This document shows positions 12,619 through 25,676 of a DNA stretch of 64,000 nt, in pieces. Below the pieces are notes generated by a model. That model was not told the DNA's origin. It did no database searches and saw only the letters and a list, made by a program, of their open reading frames with translations. The stretch's first letter is position 1, and every line of letters starts with the position of its first letter. The position numbers and the translations under genes are program-made. This stretch comes from Octopus sinensis (Eukaryota), in NCBI RefSeq assembly GCF_006345805.1, contig NW_021836297.1:1822-65821 (forward strand), read 5' to 3'.

Positions 12619-13651
12619 TTTGTAACCAGGTGGTTTCAGGTTCAGTCCCACTGCACGGCACACTGGGCAAGAACCTTCTATTTTAGCTTCCCTACTCGCC
12701 GACTAATGTCTTGAAAATGAATTTATTATTAGGCGGAAACTGTATGGAAACCCGTTGTGTGTGTGTCCTCACCTGACCACTTGACAATGTTTAGATGCAA
12801 ATAGACAAACAACAAAAACACGAGGAGGATAGAAAGAGAGAGACTGACATTTCGGCATGTGTGTGTAGATATATAGATATGTATGTTTTCGTTTTTACAC
12901 ATACACACTCTCACGCGCACTTACACACACACATACACACGCACACACATACACACACACATATTATGTTAAACTTATTAAGTCACTTGCGATATTTATT
13001 CAGCCTCGAGCTACAGACACTCCATTCATGTCACTCTCATTCTTAATCTCCATAAGAAATTAAGTGAACCAGTGTGAATGGCCTGTTGGAAACCTGTATT
13101 CAATGAAGATATTCTTCACAAATTGCGAAATAATTTTATTTACTTTTTATGCCATTAAGAATTTTTTATTGAAGCTCCAAGTGTGGTCTTCGACTCTCGC
13201 AGACAACGGTACCGAACATACACGAACAAATAACGAATACTTCAGCTTCTATTATTGAAGTCACCACTTACCATTATCGGAATCAAGTTTTATTTGTCAT
13301 TAGGAAGGAAGGAGAAATTGGTTTGGGAATATAATAGAGTACAATAGCAATGTATGAATACGTGTATGTGTACGTGTATATATGTGTGTGTATGTATGTA
13401 TAGGTATACAATTTGGTCTGTTTTTATCTATTTCTCTACAAGCGCATTTGCAGTCGGGAGTACTCACATGCTCTCATATGTTTATGCAGTGTGGTTGTGT
13501 GGTAAAGAATCTTGATTTTCGACCACATGGTCCCGGGTTCAGTCCCACTGCGTGGCACCTTGGGCAAGTATCTTCTACTATAGTCCTCAGGCCGACCAAA
13601 ACCTTGTGAGTGGACGGAAACTGAGAGGTGCCCGTCGCAGATATAGATATA

Positions 13652-14939
13652 CGAGGGACGTTCAATAAGTAATGCCTCTGACCCACTTGCAGTTGTTTGA
13701 TCTAGCTGAAATTTTGCATGTGCAATTATTTATATCTTTATAGAGTAAGTGGCAAATTACAGCACTGAATTAATTGTGGTTTCTGATTTACAGGTGTTTG
13801 AACCGAGTCAAGTGTTAAATGGAGCCTGTTGAGTGTCGAGCAGTGATCCGGTTTTGTATTTGAAAGGACGCATACCACGGGAGACTTTTGATGAAATGAA
13901 AGTAACTTATGGTGATGATGCCCCATCATATGACCTTGTAAAACGCTGGCATCGTGAATTCAAACATGGTCGGACTCTGTGGAAACAGCTCCCAGATCTG
14001 GTCGCCCCCTTCTGCCATTGATGAGGCATCTGTCGGTCAAGTTGAGGCTGCCATTTTGGAAGATCGACGCATAACTATTCGCCAAATAGCCCATGAGGTC
14101 AAGATTAGTACCGGGTCTTTGGAAACTATCATTCATGACCATTTGCATATGCAAAAGGTATCTGCCAGATGGATTCCCAGGTTGCTCACGCCTTTCCAGA
14201 AGCAAGAACGCGTCGAGTGCTCGAGGGTGAATTTGGAGATGTGCCAAGAAGATGAGTCAAAATTTTTCAAAAGACTGATTACACAAGATGAAACCTGGGT
14301 CCATCACGATGATCCAGAGACCAAATCCCAGTCAATGCAGTGGAAGCACCGTGACTCACCCCCTCCAAAGAAGGCAAGGGTGCAGCCCTCCCCTGGCAAG
14401 GTCATGCTCACAGTCTTCTGGGACCAGGACGGAGTAGTGATGACAGATTTCCTGGCAAAGGGTACCACAATTGCAGGAGCCTATTATACTTCACTTTTGA
14501 GGAAATTAAGAGAAGTTATCAAAATCAAGAGGCGGGGCAAGATCAGCAAAGGCATCCTCCTCCTGCAGGACAACGCTCCGGTCCACAACTCGCTTGTCGC
14601 CAGATCAGAATCACAGGCGTATGGCTATGAACTCCTCCCCCATCCCCCTACTTTCCTGACCTTGCATCCTCTGATTTTCACCTCTTCCCAGCCATGAAGT
14701 TGTTTTTGAAAGGAAAGCGTTTCCCAGATGATGCAGCCTTGATTTCTGAAGTCGCGTCAGGTTGGAGGACCAAGCTGGGGTCTTCTACAAAAACGGTCTC
14801 CAGAGCTGCATCAAACAATGGGAGAAATGCGTAACTCTGGGTGGTTCCTATGTAGAAAAAGACTAATAACTGTGCCAAGTTTCGTTGCTCTACTGCTATG
14901 GGAAGTGGGTCAGGGGCATTACTTATTGAACGCCCCTCG
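13652..14939 (+). mobile_element. Full-length mariner transposon nested in SINE family B
   Basis: TIRs CGAGGGACGTTCAATAAGTAATGCC and GGCATTACTTATTGAACGCCCCTCG, TA TSDs. Family B halves at about 13487-13650 and 14942-15190. Confidence 0.95.
13819..14856 (+). pseudogene. Frameshifted mariner transposase
   Basis: MEPVECRAVIRF start, WIPRLL, DETW, KVMLTVFWD, QDNAPVH and a YSPDLA-like region. Several frameshifts. Confidence 0.9.
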
Positions 14940-15225
14940 TATATGTATGTATGTATGTATATATGTATGTATACATATTTGTACCTGTATGCGTGTGTGT
15001 GTGTTTCTTTCCCAACCGTTGTTTGTGTGTTTACGTCCCCGTAACTTAGCGGATCGGCAAATGGAGTCTAATATAATAAATTCCAGACTGAAATAGAAGA
15101 ACCGTAGTCGATGCTTTCGACTAAAATGTCTCAGAGCGGTGCCCCAGCATGGCCGTAGTCTAACGACTGAAACGAATAATGGATAAAAGAAGATATGTAT
15201 GTGTGTGCGCGAGTGTGTGTGCGTG

Positions 15226-15282
<57 letters not shown>

Positions 15283-15284
<2 letters not shown>

Positions 15285-15435
15285 TTTGAATTTACAAGAA
15301 AACAAAAGACGAAGGCAGGTGTATAAACAACAAACAGGTATATTAGTTTAACGCTCGGGAAGGTGAGAAAGCCTTTTACATTTCGAACCTACGCTCTTCA
15401 ACAGAAAAGGAACAGAGAAAATAAACAGAGACAAA
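15283..15435 (-). mobile_element. Penelope-like terminal repeat fragment (copy 1)
   Basis: Similar to 62463-62625. Contains a hammerhead-like CTGTTGA-A-GAG-CGTAGG-TTC-GAAA motif on the minus strand. Confidence 0.5.
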
Positions 15436-15610
15436 AAACGCCTTATTATATATATATATATATATTAATATATATATATATATTGTATATATATAATATA
15501 TATATATATATATTATATATATATTATGTGTCTATATATAATATATTATATAGTATATATATATATATGTATATATAATATATACATATATATCTTCTTC
15601 TCTCTCTCTC

Positions 15611-15642
<32 letters not shown>

Positions 15643-16358
15643 CATATATATATTTTATATAATATGTAATATTTACGTATACATACATTTGTATGTATCG
15701 TATATAGACATATTTGTATTATTATATAATATATACATATACAGATTATATATAACATTTATATACATACATACATTTGTATGTATTATATATATGTATA
15801 ACGTGTATATAAAAATACACACATAATGTATATTTATAGACATAAATACATACACATACACGCACACTCGCACACACACAAACACAAAACACAAACACAA
15901 AACTCAAACACATTCACACACACAAACTATTTTTCACCTATGGAATAATGCCTATTCTTGTTCGACACATGTACGACTACAATTGTGTCAGACTCTAAGC
16001 AAATTTCTACACATCGCCATTTTTATTCTTAAAGCTTACGCAATTTATTTTTTTTTTAATTTTCTTCTTTTTTGTTTTTATTTATTATTTTTGTTTTTTT
16101 TGCTCAAAAATATATCTGCGGCATTGTTGTGAAAAATAGATTCATCTCGTTATAAATCCATTTAGGTTTATATTTTCTACCCTATATATACACAAAAAAA
16201 AATAATCAAAAACGGTTGAGAAAGAAACTACAAGTAACAACAACAACAACAATAACAAAAAATGTTGAAAGAAAACGAGAACAAGATAGATAAATACAAA
16301 ATTGGGATAAATCGTCAATTTGAGTTTGCTGTTTTGAATATATATTCCTCTGATTGTA

Positions 16359-16430
16359 ATGCCAAGAGCAAGCATGCAAGACGTGACAGAACTCGAGGTG
16401 TGTTCTACGAACGCTCCACAACCTTCACAG
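16359..16430 (+). CDS. Candidate first coding exon, unknown product
   Basis: ATG...CAG|GTTGGT in non-repetitive DNA, encoding MPRASMQDVTELEVCSTNAPQPSQ. No recognisable homology. Confidence 0.15.
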
Positions 16431-17480
16431 GTTGGTTCAATGTCAAAAATTTGGTATCACGCTCGGAATCACGTTCATTGCGAATATCTCTTTCTATGCT
16501 TCTTTCCGTTTACTATCTCCTTCCTTTTTTCTCTTTCTTTTTTCTCTCCTTCATTTTCATTCAATCCTAATAGTGATAAACTTCAATGGCTGTATAGTAT
16601 ATGCGGTTTTAGGAACAACACGGTTTTGGTGTTAGAGTTAAGGGATAATATGGAATTTTAAACTAATTTATTATTCGTGACGTTCACTCCACGATTATCT
16701 TTGGATACCTTTCATGAATTTTACCTCACATCACATCACCTCATGTCGCAAAATAGCAGGTGAAAAATTTTTGTTTAATTCCATTCCTGGCTTTATACAT
16801 CGCCCTTAACCACCAACAGCAACCACCACCACGACCACCACCACTTAAGCGTAGAGGACTTGCGAGAAACTAATAAGTTCCACAAATTCAGGACACTGAT
16901 TGAAATACATTTTAGAAGACAGTTAATATTGATTCCTGCTTTAATACACATGCTATGTGAGGTATTGGCTCTTAACCATGCTAACCCAACTTTATCGTTT
17001 TATGACTTCGCTATCATTCAACAGTTATTTGATGGTTTGCAGTGTATCGTTACACATAACCAAAATGTAAAAACGCCGCTTTATGCAAATGTCCACGGCT
17101 TTATCTGTACATCCCTACGTGGTATTCGGTTCTTTCAATGTTGGAGCAGCAGAACTGTTAGAAGGATTGACATAAATCAATTGTAAGCTAAATATATAAA
17201 TAAATAGGAGAGATATTTAAGGGGTGAAGAACTTTTCCATAGATTTGCACGGTTTAAAAGCGGGGGTGGGGTGGGGTGGGGAAAAGTATGGAGGTGAGGA
17301 TGGAGTTAGGTGAGGAGTGGGGGAGGGGCTGCGGAAACGTGTGTGGGGGTGGGGCGGACGGGGAATGCATGTTTCACTAATTTGGTTTAGTGGAAACCGT
17401 TTCGTTTCAAATACTGTCGAGTCGGCATTGCCTTTTAGAAATAGCAACACACGCATGCACACACATGCATATATGTATAC

Positions 17481-17517
<37 letters not shown>

Positions 17518-17751
17518 GGTGTGTGTGTGTGTGTGTGTGTGTGGTTTGTGTGTGTGTGTCTGTCTGTGTGTGTTTTATATATATATGCGGATATATATAT
17601 ATATATATATACATGTATGTGTGCGTATGTGTGTATATACACTAAAATCCCTTCAAGCTACTATTTGTGCTTTCTATACACACATACACTTTTATACATA
17701 CATGCACATTTACATATATGTATATATAATAAATAAATATACATACATGTG

Positions 17752-17829
<78 letters not shown>

Positions 17830-18596
17830 TGTGTGTGTCTGTATACATATATACACGTATGTGTGTGAATATATATATCTATATATTATATATAATATAT
17901 ATATGTGGTGTGTATATATATATATACATATGTGTATGCATACATACCTACATGCACGCACGGTACACACATATACAATTGCACACACGTACACACACAC
18001 AACACACATACACGCACACACACGCTCACACATATACACACACATACATACACACACCGAGGTCGATGCAGTCGACTATTCGTGCTTCCCAGTTTGCAGA
18101 GTCAAGCAAGAAATCGTATTTGCAGTTATTCTAAAACCAAATCAATATTCTACATGGAATAATGGGTGATGATTTGACAGAGACGTTGAAAACGGCTTAC
18201 TGGTATTTTAATCTCTGATTTCTGTATCTTCAGTTCAAATCCCGTCAGGATTATCTTGACCTTTGATCCTTTTGTAATGGATAAAGCCATTCCCTGCGGT
18301 GGAACGAAACTAAATCAATTGACTTATAGTAAGATTAGTCAGAAAGACAGCCAGACTGGAGAATGAGAGGAAGAGAGCACGTCACAAGGATTTGCGGCTA
18401 AAAGAGACACAGCGTCGAAGTATCGAGTTATTATTATGCATCGTCATTCGAGAGATTCGTTTCGAATACTTACAAAGGTTGTCATTGGTTTTCTGACCCC
18501 ACTAAAAGGCAGCCGTTGGCCAGTTGGTGATCTTAACCCAAATTGAGGTTCTGTTACACCCCAACCCCACTGAGAAACTGATACAATTTCCGTCCG

Positions 18597-18913
18597 ACTC
18601 TTTTACTCTTTTACTTGTTTCAATCATTTGACTTCGGCCATGCTGGAGCACCGCCTTTAATCGAGCAGCTCGACCCTGGGACTTACAGTATCTTTACTCT
18701 TTTACTCTTTTACTTGTTTCAGTCATTTGACTGCGGCCATTTTGGAGCACCGCCTTTAATCGATTGAGCGAATCGACCCCAGGACTTATTCTTTGTAAGC
18801 CCAGTACTTATTCTATCGGTCTCTTTTGCCGAACCGCTATGTAACGGGGACATAAACACACCAGCATCGGTTGTCAAGCAATGCTAGGGGGGACAAACAC
18901 AGACACACTAACG

Positions 18914-18960
<47 letters not shown>

Positions 18961-19152
18961 GTATATACGACGGGCTTCTTTCAGTTTCCGTCTAGCAAAT
19001 CCACTCACAAGGCTTTGGTCGTCCCGAGGCTATAGTAGAAGACACTTGCCCAAGGTGCCACGCAGTGGGACTGAAGCCGGAACCATGTAGTTGGTAAGCA
19101 AGCTACTTACCACACACGCACACACACACACACACACAGCCACTCCTGCGCC
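18597..19152 (-). mobile_element. SINE family B full copy preceded by an extra B 3'-end fragment
   Basis: Full copy at about 18690-19152 with (GTAAAAGA)n tail. Tail-only piece at 18597-18685. Confidence 0.85.
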
Positions 19153-19482
19153 TATTTTTTTATATATATATTTTCTTCTTTTCGTTTTGTTGCAATTATT
19201 GGACCGTGGCCACGCTGGGGCACCGCCTGGAAGAGAGCCTTAGTTGGGCAAATCGACCCCTGTACTTTTTTTGCTTCTGGTTTTTTTTTGCGTTTTACAT
19301 TTTTAGTCTGCTACGTATTCTATTTGATCTGCTTTGCCGAACAGCTACGTTACGGGGACGTAAGCAAACCATCACCGGTTATTGATCGGTGAGGTGGGGC
19401 ACACACATTAACACAAAGATATACATACATAAATATGTATATATGTGCGTGTGTGTGTGTGTAATTATATACGAATATATGA

Positions 19483-19560
<78 letters not shown>

Positions 19561-19985
19561 CGAGCTTCCGTACAGTTTTCAGCTATCAAATTCACTCACA
19601 AGGCATCAGTAAGCACGGAGCTATATACTAGAAGACATTTTCCCAAGTTGCTGCGATGTGAAAATGAATCTAAGAGCAGGAGGTCGCAAAGCGTGTTTGT
19701 TATTCACATTACCATGCCAATAACGCTAGACTCAAAGATACTTGCTCAAGATGGAATGTTATGGGATCGAACTAGAAAACACATGATTGTGAAGTGAACT
19801 TCTTAACCCGTGTCAAACCACAAGACATAAAAGAAATTTTTGTATTTAGAAAATATTTGCCTTTGTTTTACGTTCTGAGTTCAAATTCCACCGAGGTCGA
19901 CTTTGCCTTTCATCCTTTTGGGGTTGATAAATTAAGTACCAGTCGAGTACTGGGATCGGGGAAGAGTATGCACTCTAGTTTGGTT

Positions 19986-20412
19986 AGTCGTAAATCGGGG
20001 CAGGGTACGTCGGTCAGGCAATAACATATGACAGATGTTATGTAAGCATTCGCCACCTCTGATCGACCTTTCAGAGATAGCTTTCTCCCGGCCCATTTCT
20101 GAGCAAGATCGGCTACCCTGTTCGTCACCTCATCCCAATTCTTCTCCACCTGGAGATCTAGACCAAATCAGAACCAGAATAATTTAACGGCCCCTTCCGT
20201 CCAGCATCCCACGACATTATCTGACAGCGTGAACCTGCTTCTCCAAGCGTCGAACCGCAGACCCAACTTCTCTTTATCATTTTTTGCTCTTGTCACCACC
20301 TAGCGTTCTTTTAGAGCAGTTCCGCATGAACTAGGACGTAGGAGCACCGTGACGGCATATGTGGACGACGTCACCGTCATAGTGTCGAACACCAACGACA
20401 TAAAACAAAATA
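19986..20412 (-). mobile_element. L1/Tx1-clade LINE RT fragment with inverted 5' segment
   Basis: Minus strand: VVTRAK...EKNWDEVTNRVADLAQKWAGRKLSLKGRSEVANAYITSVICYCLTDVPCP. The upstream motif AYVDDVTVIVS lies on the plus strand at about 20313-20412. Confidence 0.8.
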
Positions 20413-20413
20413 G

Positions 20414-20875
20414 GCAAAGAAATATCTAAGTGAATTCCAAATACAACAAATCCCAGAATTAGACGTACTGGAAACAAGCACAGAAAAAGCTAAGCGTATG
20501 AAAACCTGTGCTAAAACTGCTGCCTTAGATATTGTTACTGATAAATGGCAAGAAAAACCTCTCAATGGCAAATATCCAAGGAGAGTTAATAATGCCGGTG
20601 TTGACAAAGCCCCGACCCATCAATGGTTAGTGTCTTCTGGCTTAAAATCAGAGACAGAATGGTTTATCATTGTAGCCCAAGATCAATGCCTACCTTCAAG
20701 GAACTTCCAAAGCAACATATTAAAGAACGGCAATAGCCCAACATGTCGTGTATGTGAACAACAAAATGAAACCATTGACCATGTTGTCTCCATGTGCAGT
20801 TTTCTTGCGTCTACAGAGTATTTCAACAGGCATGATAGAGCAGCACAATATATCCACAGGGTAATTTGCAGGAAG
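20414..20875 (+). mobile_element. R4/Dong-type (RLE) LINE fragment with CCHC zinc knuckle
   Basis: KWQEKPLNGKY...LKSETEWFIIVAQDQCL...CRVC...ETIDHVVSMC...EYFNRHD. It ends in (GAA)n(GAT)n. Confidence 0.85.
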
Positions 20876-20953
20876 AGGAGGAACCAAGAAGAAGAAGAAG
20901 AAGAAAAAGAAGAAGAAGAAGAAGAAGAAGAAGCAGAAGAAGAAGAAGAAGAA

Positions 20954-21006
<53 letters not shown>

Positions 21007-21419
21007 CGATGATGATGACGACGATGATGACGACGATGATAAAACCCTACTTTTGTTATACACTTTGGACATCAGCCGTCGAATCTGGAGTCGATGTTGG
21101 GACTTCTAAATGAACGGTTTGACCTGCAAGTCATAGCAGCCACAGCTTCCTCAAATTCACACTTTACCGTCTAAAAACAAATAAAACAGAAGGATATATC
21201 AGATATAAAAAAAAAGAAAACATTTGGAAACAGAAAAAATAAATAAGACGAGATGGTCACGACTAGAATAACTTTAATTAATGATCAGCTCGATCAGGTT
21301 GGACTGTAAATTAACAAAAAAAAACATCACCAACAACAATAACAACAACAACAGCAACAACAACAGCGCCACTGCGATGCACCAGACTGCTACGAATGAA
21401 TTTAATTAATAAATATATC

Positions 21420-22265
21420 CCAGGAAATCAGTAACACACACAGAAGACCTAATACACACGCATACCATACACTCGCATATATATACACACATACAGACAC
21501 ATGCAGACACATTCACACACACACACACGTATGCACGCACGTACGCATATACGCTCACGCACACACACTCACATATATACACACATACAGACACATTCAA
21601 ACACACACGCACGTACGCATATACGCACACGCACACACAAACACACATACACTCGCATATATAGACACACATAAGGACACATTCACACACACGCATATAT
21701 GCACGCACACACACACACATAAGGGCACATACAGACACATTCACACACACACACGCGTATGCACACGCGCACGCACGCATATGCGCTCACATACAGACAC
21801 ATTCACACACATTCACACACACACGTATACGCACGCACGCACACACATACACTCACATATATATACACACATAAGGACACATACAGATACATTCACACAC
21901 ACACACACGCGCATATACGCACGCACACACACACACGTAAGGACACATACAGACGCATTCACACACACACGCGCATATACGCACGCACGCACACACACGC
22001 ACACACATAAGGACACATACAGACACATTCACACACACACACACACACACACATAAGGACACATACAGACACATTCACACACACACACATACGCTCACAT
22101 ATATATATATATATATATACACACATAATGACACACACAGATACATTCACATACACACGCACGCACGCATATACGCACGCACACACGCACACACACACAC
22201 ATACACAGACATACACATACACGCATACACACACACGCGTGCGCGCGAACGCACACACACACACA
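21420..22265. repeat. CA-derived minisatellite
   Basis: Recurrent ACATAAGGACACATACAGACACATTCAC unit. Confidence 0.85.
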
Positions 22266-22705
22266 TGAAAATAACTTTGGTCTGAACAATTCCATCGATC
22301 CATCACAAAAAACCTCAATTACCAAAGTTTACTTGTGATCTTCGTGTTATGCTTCACACTTCTATGAAGACACATTGTGAACAGAAGTCTTGGTGGTTTT
22401 TGCTTGTCTCTCGCACATTATTCCATCGTCTTAATGAAAGATAAATTCGTTCCGTTTCTTTTTTTTTATATATATATTTCTTCCTTTTTCTCTTTTTTTT
22501 TGTTGTTGTCTACTTGGGATTCTATTGTCACAAGAGATAAAAAGATTATTCAAATTTCAAAAGACATAAACAAAAGTTGTAGGGAAAGAACAGACCTACA
22601 AAATAAATATATATTTTTTTAAAAGCCTAAACCATTTTGGTATACAATTTTCAAGTTAACTCAAATAACACCAGGAAGGATTACAATATCTGTTTCATTT
22701 TTGAA

Positions 22706-23401
22706 TCTGGTTTGCAAGATTCTCTATGTGAATTCGTGTATTGCACCAATGCATGTTGTTAACATTCACGTAATGACTCTTCTTAGACGCAACAACTACG
22801 CGTGGACTTTTGGCGATTTTTTTCCCTCCTTCTTCCTTTTCTTTTGGACTTTCCTGTCTCCTGTTTCCGAAAAAGTGCTTTGCTCGAAATGTAAAACAAC
22901 CACTCTTTCTTTCTTTCATTCTCTGAGCGTCTTATTAACATTTTGCATGTACCACGTCCTCGCATTGTTTTCTTTAGAAATTGTAACTGTTAATTCTTAC
23001 TTGTATTCACCTGATGAAAACAGTTTTTATTTTTGCATGATGTAATATTTCTATTCTGGTTTGCAAGATTCTCTATGCGAATTCGTGTATTGCACCAGTG
23101 CATGTTGTTAATATTCACGTAATGACTCTTCTTAGACGCAACAACTACACGTGGACTTTTGGCGATTTTTTTCCTCCTTCTTCCTTTTCTTTTGGACTTT
23201 CCTGTCTCCTGTTTTCGAAAAAGTGCTTTGCTCGAAATGTAAAAACAACCACTCTTTCTTTCATTCTCTGAGCGTCTTATTAATATTTTGCATGTACCAC
23301 GTCCACGCATTGTTTTCTTGAGAAATTCTAATTGTTAATTCTTACTTGTATTCACCTGATGAAAACAGTTTTTATTTTTGCATGATGTAACATTTCTATT
23401 C
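22706..23401. repeat. Tandem duplication, 2 x 349 bp
   Basis: TCTGGTTTGCAAGATTCTC starts at 22706 and 23055. The units are highly similar. Confidence 0.95.
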
Positions 23402-23436
23402 TTCAATTTAAAAAAACACGTCTGAAACAGCTGTGT

Positions 23437-23580
23437 CTACTTTTCACCTAACTCGGAACCTGCAACTCGTTTGGATCTGGAGTCTATAGACGGTGATTCA
23501 ATAGGAGCAGTGAGTGTACCCATGTATGACCTTGATAACTCGCTCTGTATTCTATCAGCCTCTTGTGAACGTGTGCATAA
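23437..23580 (-). CDS. Candidate terminal exon, unknown product
   Basis: Acceptor TACTCACTTGTTCTTCAG. Phase 0 gives LCTRSQEADRIQSELSRSYMGTLTAPIESPSIDSRSKRVAGSELGEK*. AATAAA lies about 60 nt downstream. A 33-nt plus-strand exon (23559-23591) is an alternative reading. Confidence 0.25.
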   Translation of the reverse strand, partial: LCTRSQEADRIQSELSRSYMGTLTAPIESPSIDSRSKRVAGSELGEK

Positions 23581-23639
23581 CTGAAGAACAAGTGAGTATG
23601 TATTTGTCGTTATACATTGTATGTACACTGTAGCGCTAT

Positions 23640-23913
23640 CGCCAACCCAGGCTTACAATTGTGAGTTCGACTTCTGGACCAGACTGTGTGTTGTGTTCTT
23701 GAGCAAGACACTTTATTTCATGTTGCTCCAGTTCGCTCAGTTGTAGAAATGAGTTGCGACGTCACTGGTACCAAGCTGTATCGGCCTTTGCCTTTTCTTT
23801 GGATAACATGAGTGACGTGGAGAGGAGAGGCAGGTATGCATGGACAACTGCTGGTCTTCCATAAACTTTCTAGGCACAATCCCATGGTCATTTGTGACTG
23901 AAGGTAGCCTTTG

Positions 23914-23918
<5 letters not shown>
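23640..23918 (+). mobile_element. SINE family D, diverged
   Basis: GAGTTCGAC B-box-like motif and GAGCAAGACACTTTATTTCATGTTGCTCCAG core. Confidence 0.6.
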
Positions 23919-23979
<61 letters not shown>

Positions 23980-23980
<1 letters not shown>

Positions 23981-24727
23981 AAGGTGCGTTCAAAAAGTAT
24001 CAGATTTTATTTTTTCTCGCCAAACCTAATGCCGCGTGAAAATGTTTTCGTTGGTAGGCGGCGTCAGCTTTTGCTGTTACGCCAAGAGTACAGATGAGTA
24101 GTGCTCGTCGGATTTTCGTTTTTACACATGATGACCGAACGCATCAAGCAGAAATATTGCGTCAAGTTTGCCAACATTTTGGTGATTCTCAAACTATGCA
24201 GAAGATTCAGCAAGGCTTTGGCGATGATGCCATGGGCAAAACTCAGATCAATGAATGGTACAACCAGTTCAAATATGGCTGCACTTCAGTGGAGAGCGAG
24301 GCATACTCAGGCAAGCCATCCACAGAGTGAAAGGAGGAGACGATTGAGAAGGTTCGGCAACCTGTAATCCAAGCTTTCTTGGTCAAGAACAACACACCGC
24401 TGGTTCGGCAGGCTCCCTATTCACCCGACTTGACACCGTGTGACTTTTGGCTCTTCCCCAAACTGAAAACCACGCTGAAAGGGAAGCAATTTGAGTCGCA
24501 AGAGGATATTATGAGTAAAGCGACGGCGAAGCTCCATAGTATTCCAGAGAAGGCATTCCGGAGGTGTTACCGGCTGTGGCAGAGCCACCTGGAGAATAGG
24601 TAGGAACTTCCAATGGTAGTATTTTGAAGCAGATTGAATAAAATTTTTGAAATGTACGAAATTGCTTTGTTCTTCTTTTATATTCTTTGGAAATGAAAAA
24701 TGTCGGATATTTTTTCAACACACCTCG
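23980..24727 (+). mobile_element. Internally deleted mariner element
   Basis: Imperfect TIRs CAAGGTGCGTTCAAAAAGTATCAGA and (rc) CGAGGTGTGTTGAAAAAATATCCGA, TA TSDs. The N-terminal HTH fragment is joined to APYSPDLTPCDFWLFPKLK. Confidence 0.9.
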
Positions 24728-24854
24728 TATGTATGTATTATCTTCTCTCTTTTTATCTAAACGCTTCCTTTAGAGAAACTGGTTTTTAACAAAGACACAA
24801 AGCTCTATCGTTGGAATGAAGATAACAATAGGATTGTCGCATTTTTAAACCTGA

Positions 24855-25070
24855 AAAAAGTCTTGTATAGCTTTACTATTCCGCTTAGAAATTGTATTTG
24901 TAATGTGTGAGTCATCAGTTTGTTGGTTTCTTTTTCTGGAGATCCAATCTTATCCAGACTGACAGCTAAGCATTTACTTACAAAACAAAATGCTCCAATT
25001 ATTATTGGTATAAATGTAAATTTGTAATCCGGATATAGAAGCTGGAAGTTTCGAAGCAGTTGTACGTAAT
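24855..25070 (-). mobile_element. RLE-type LINE C-terminal endonuclease relic
   Basis: DNYVQLLRNFQLLYPDYKFTFIPIIIGAFCFVSKCL...LQIQFLSGIVKLYKTF. Confidence 0.65.
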
Positions 25071-25099
25071 TATCTACTTTCTCTTTGATTTTCGGAGAT

Positions 25100-25112
25100 A
25101 TGTGTGTAGTAC

Positions 25113-25143
<31 letters not shown>

Positions 25144-25610
25144 TGTATGTATGTATGTATGTATGTATGTATGTATGTATGTATGTATGAATGTATGTAC
25201 GTATGTATGTATGAATGTAGTATGTATGTATGTATGTATGTATGAATGTATGTACGTATGTATGTATGTATGTATGTATGTATGTATGTATGTATGTATG
25301 TACGTATGTATGTATGAATGTAGTATGTATGTACGTATGTTTGTATTATGTATGTATGTATTATGTATGTATGTATTATGTATGTATGTATGTATGTACG
25401 TATGTATGAATATGGTATGTATGTATATATGTATGTATGTTATGTATGTATGTATGTATGTATGTATATATGTATGTATGTACGTATGTATGTATGAATG
25501 TAGTATGTATGTATGTATATATGTATGTATGTATTATGTATGTATGTACGTATGTGTGTGTATGTATGTATTATGTATGCATGTATTATGTATGTATGTA
25601 TGTAATATGC

Positions 25611-25643
<33 letters not shown>

Positions 25644-25676
25644 TGATGTATGTATGTATGTATGTATGTATGTATG
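25100..25676. repeat. (TATG)n tetranucleotide tract
   Basis: Directly visible. Confidence 0.95.

Noticed and set aside
13265-13380. Strong minus donor ATG|GTAAGT
   Set aside because: There is no AG acceptor in the upstream 100+ nt before microsatellite and SINE sequence.
23008-23035. CTGATGA hammerhead-like starts (also 23357, 36366, 56808)
   Set aside because: No properly placed stem II plus GAAA.
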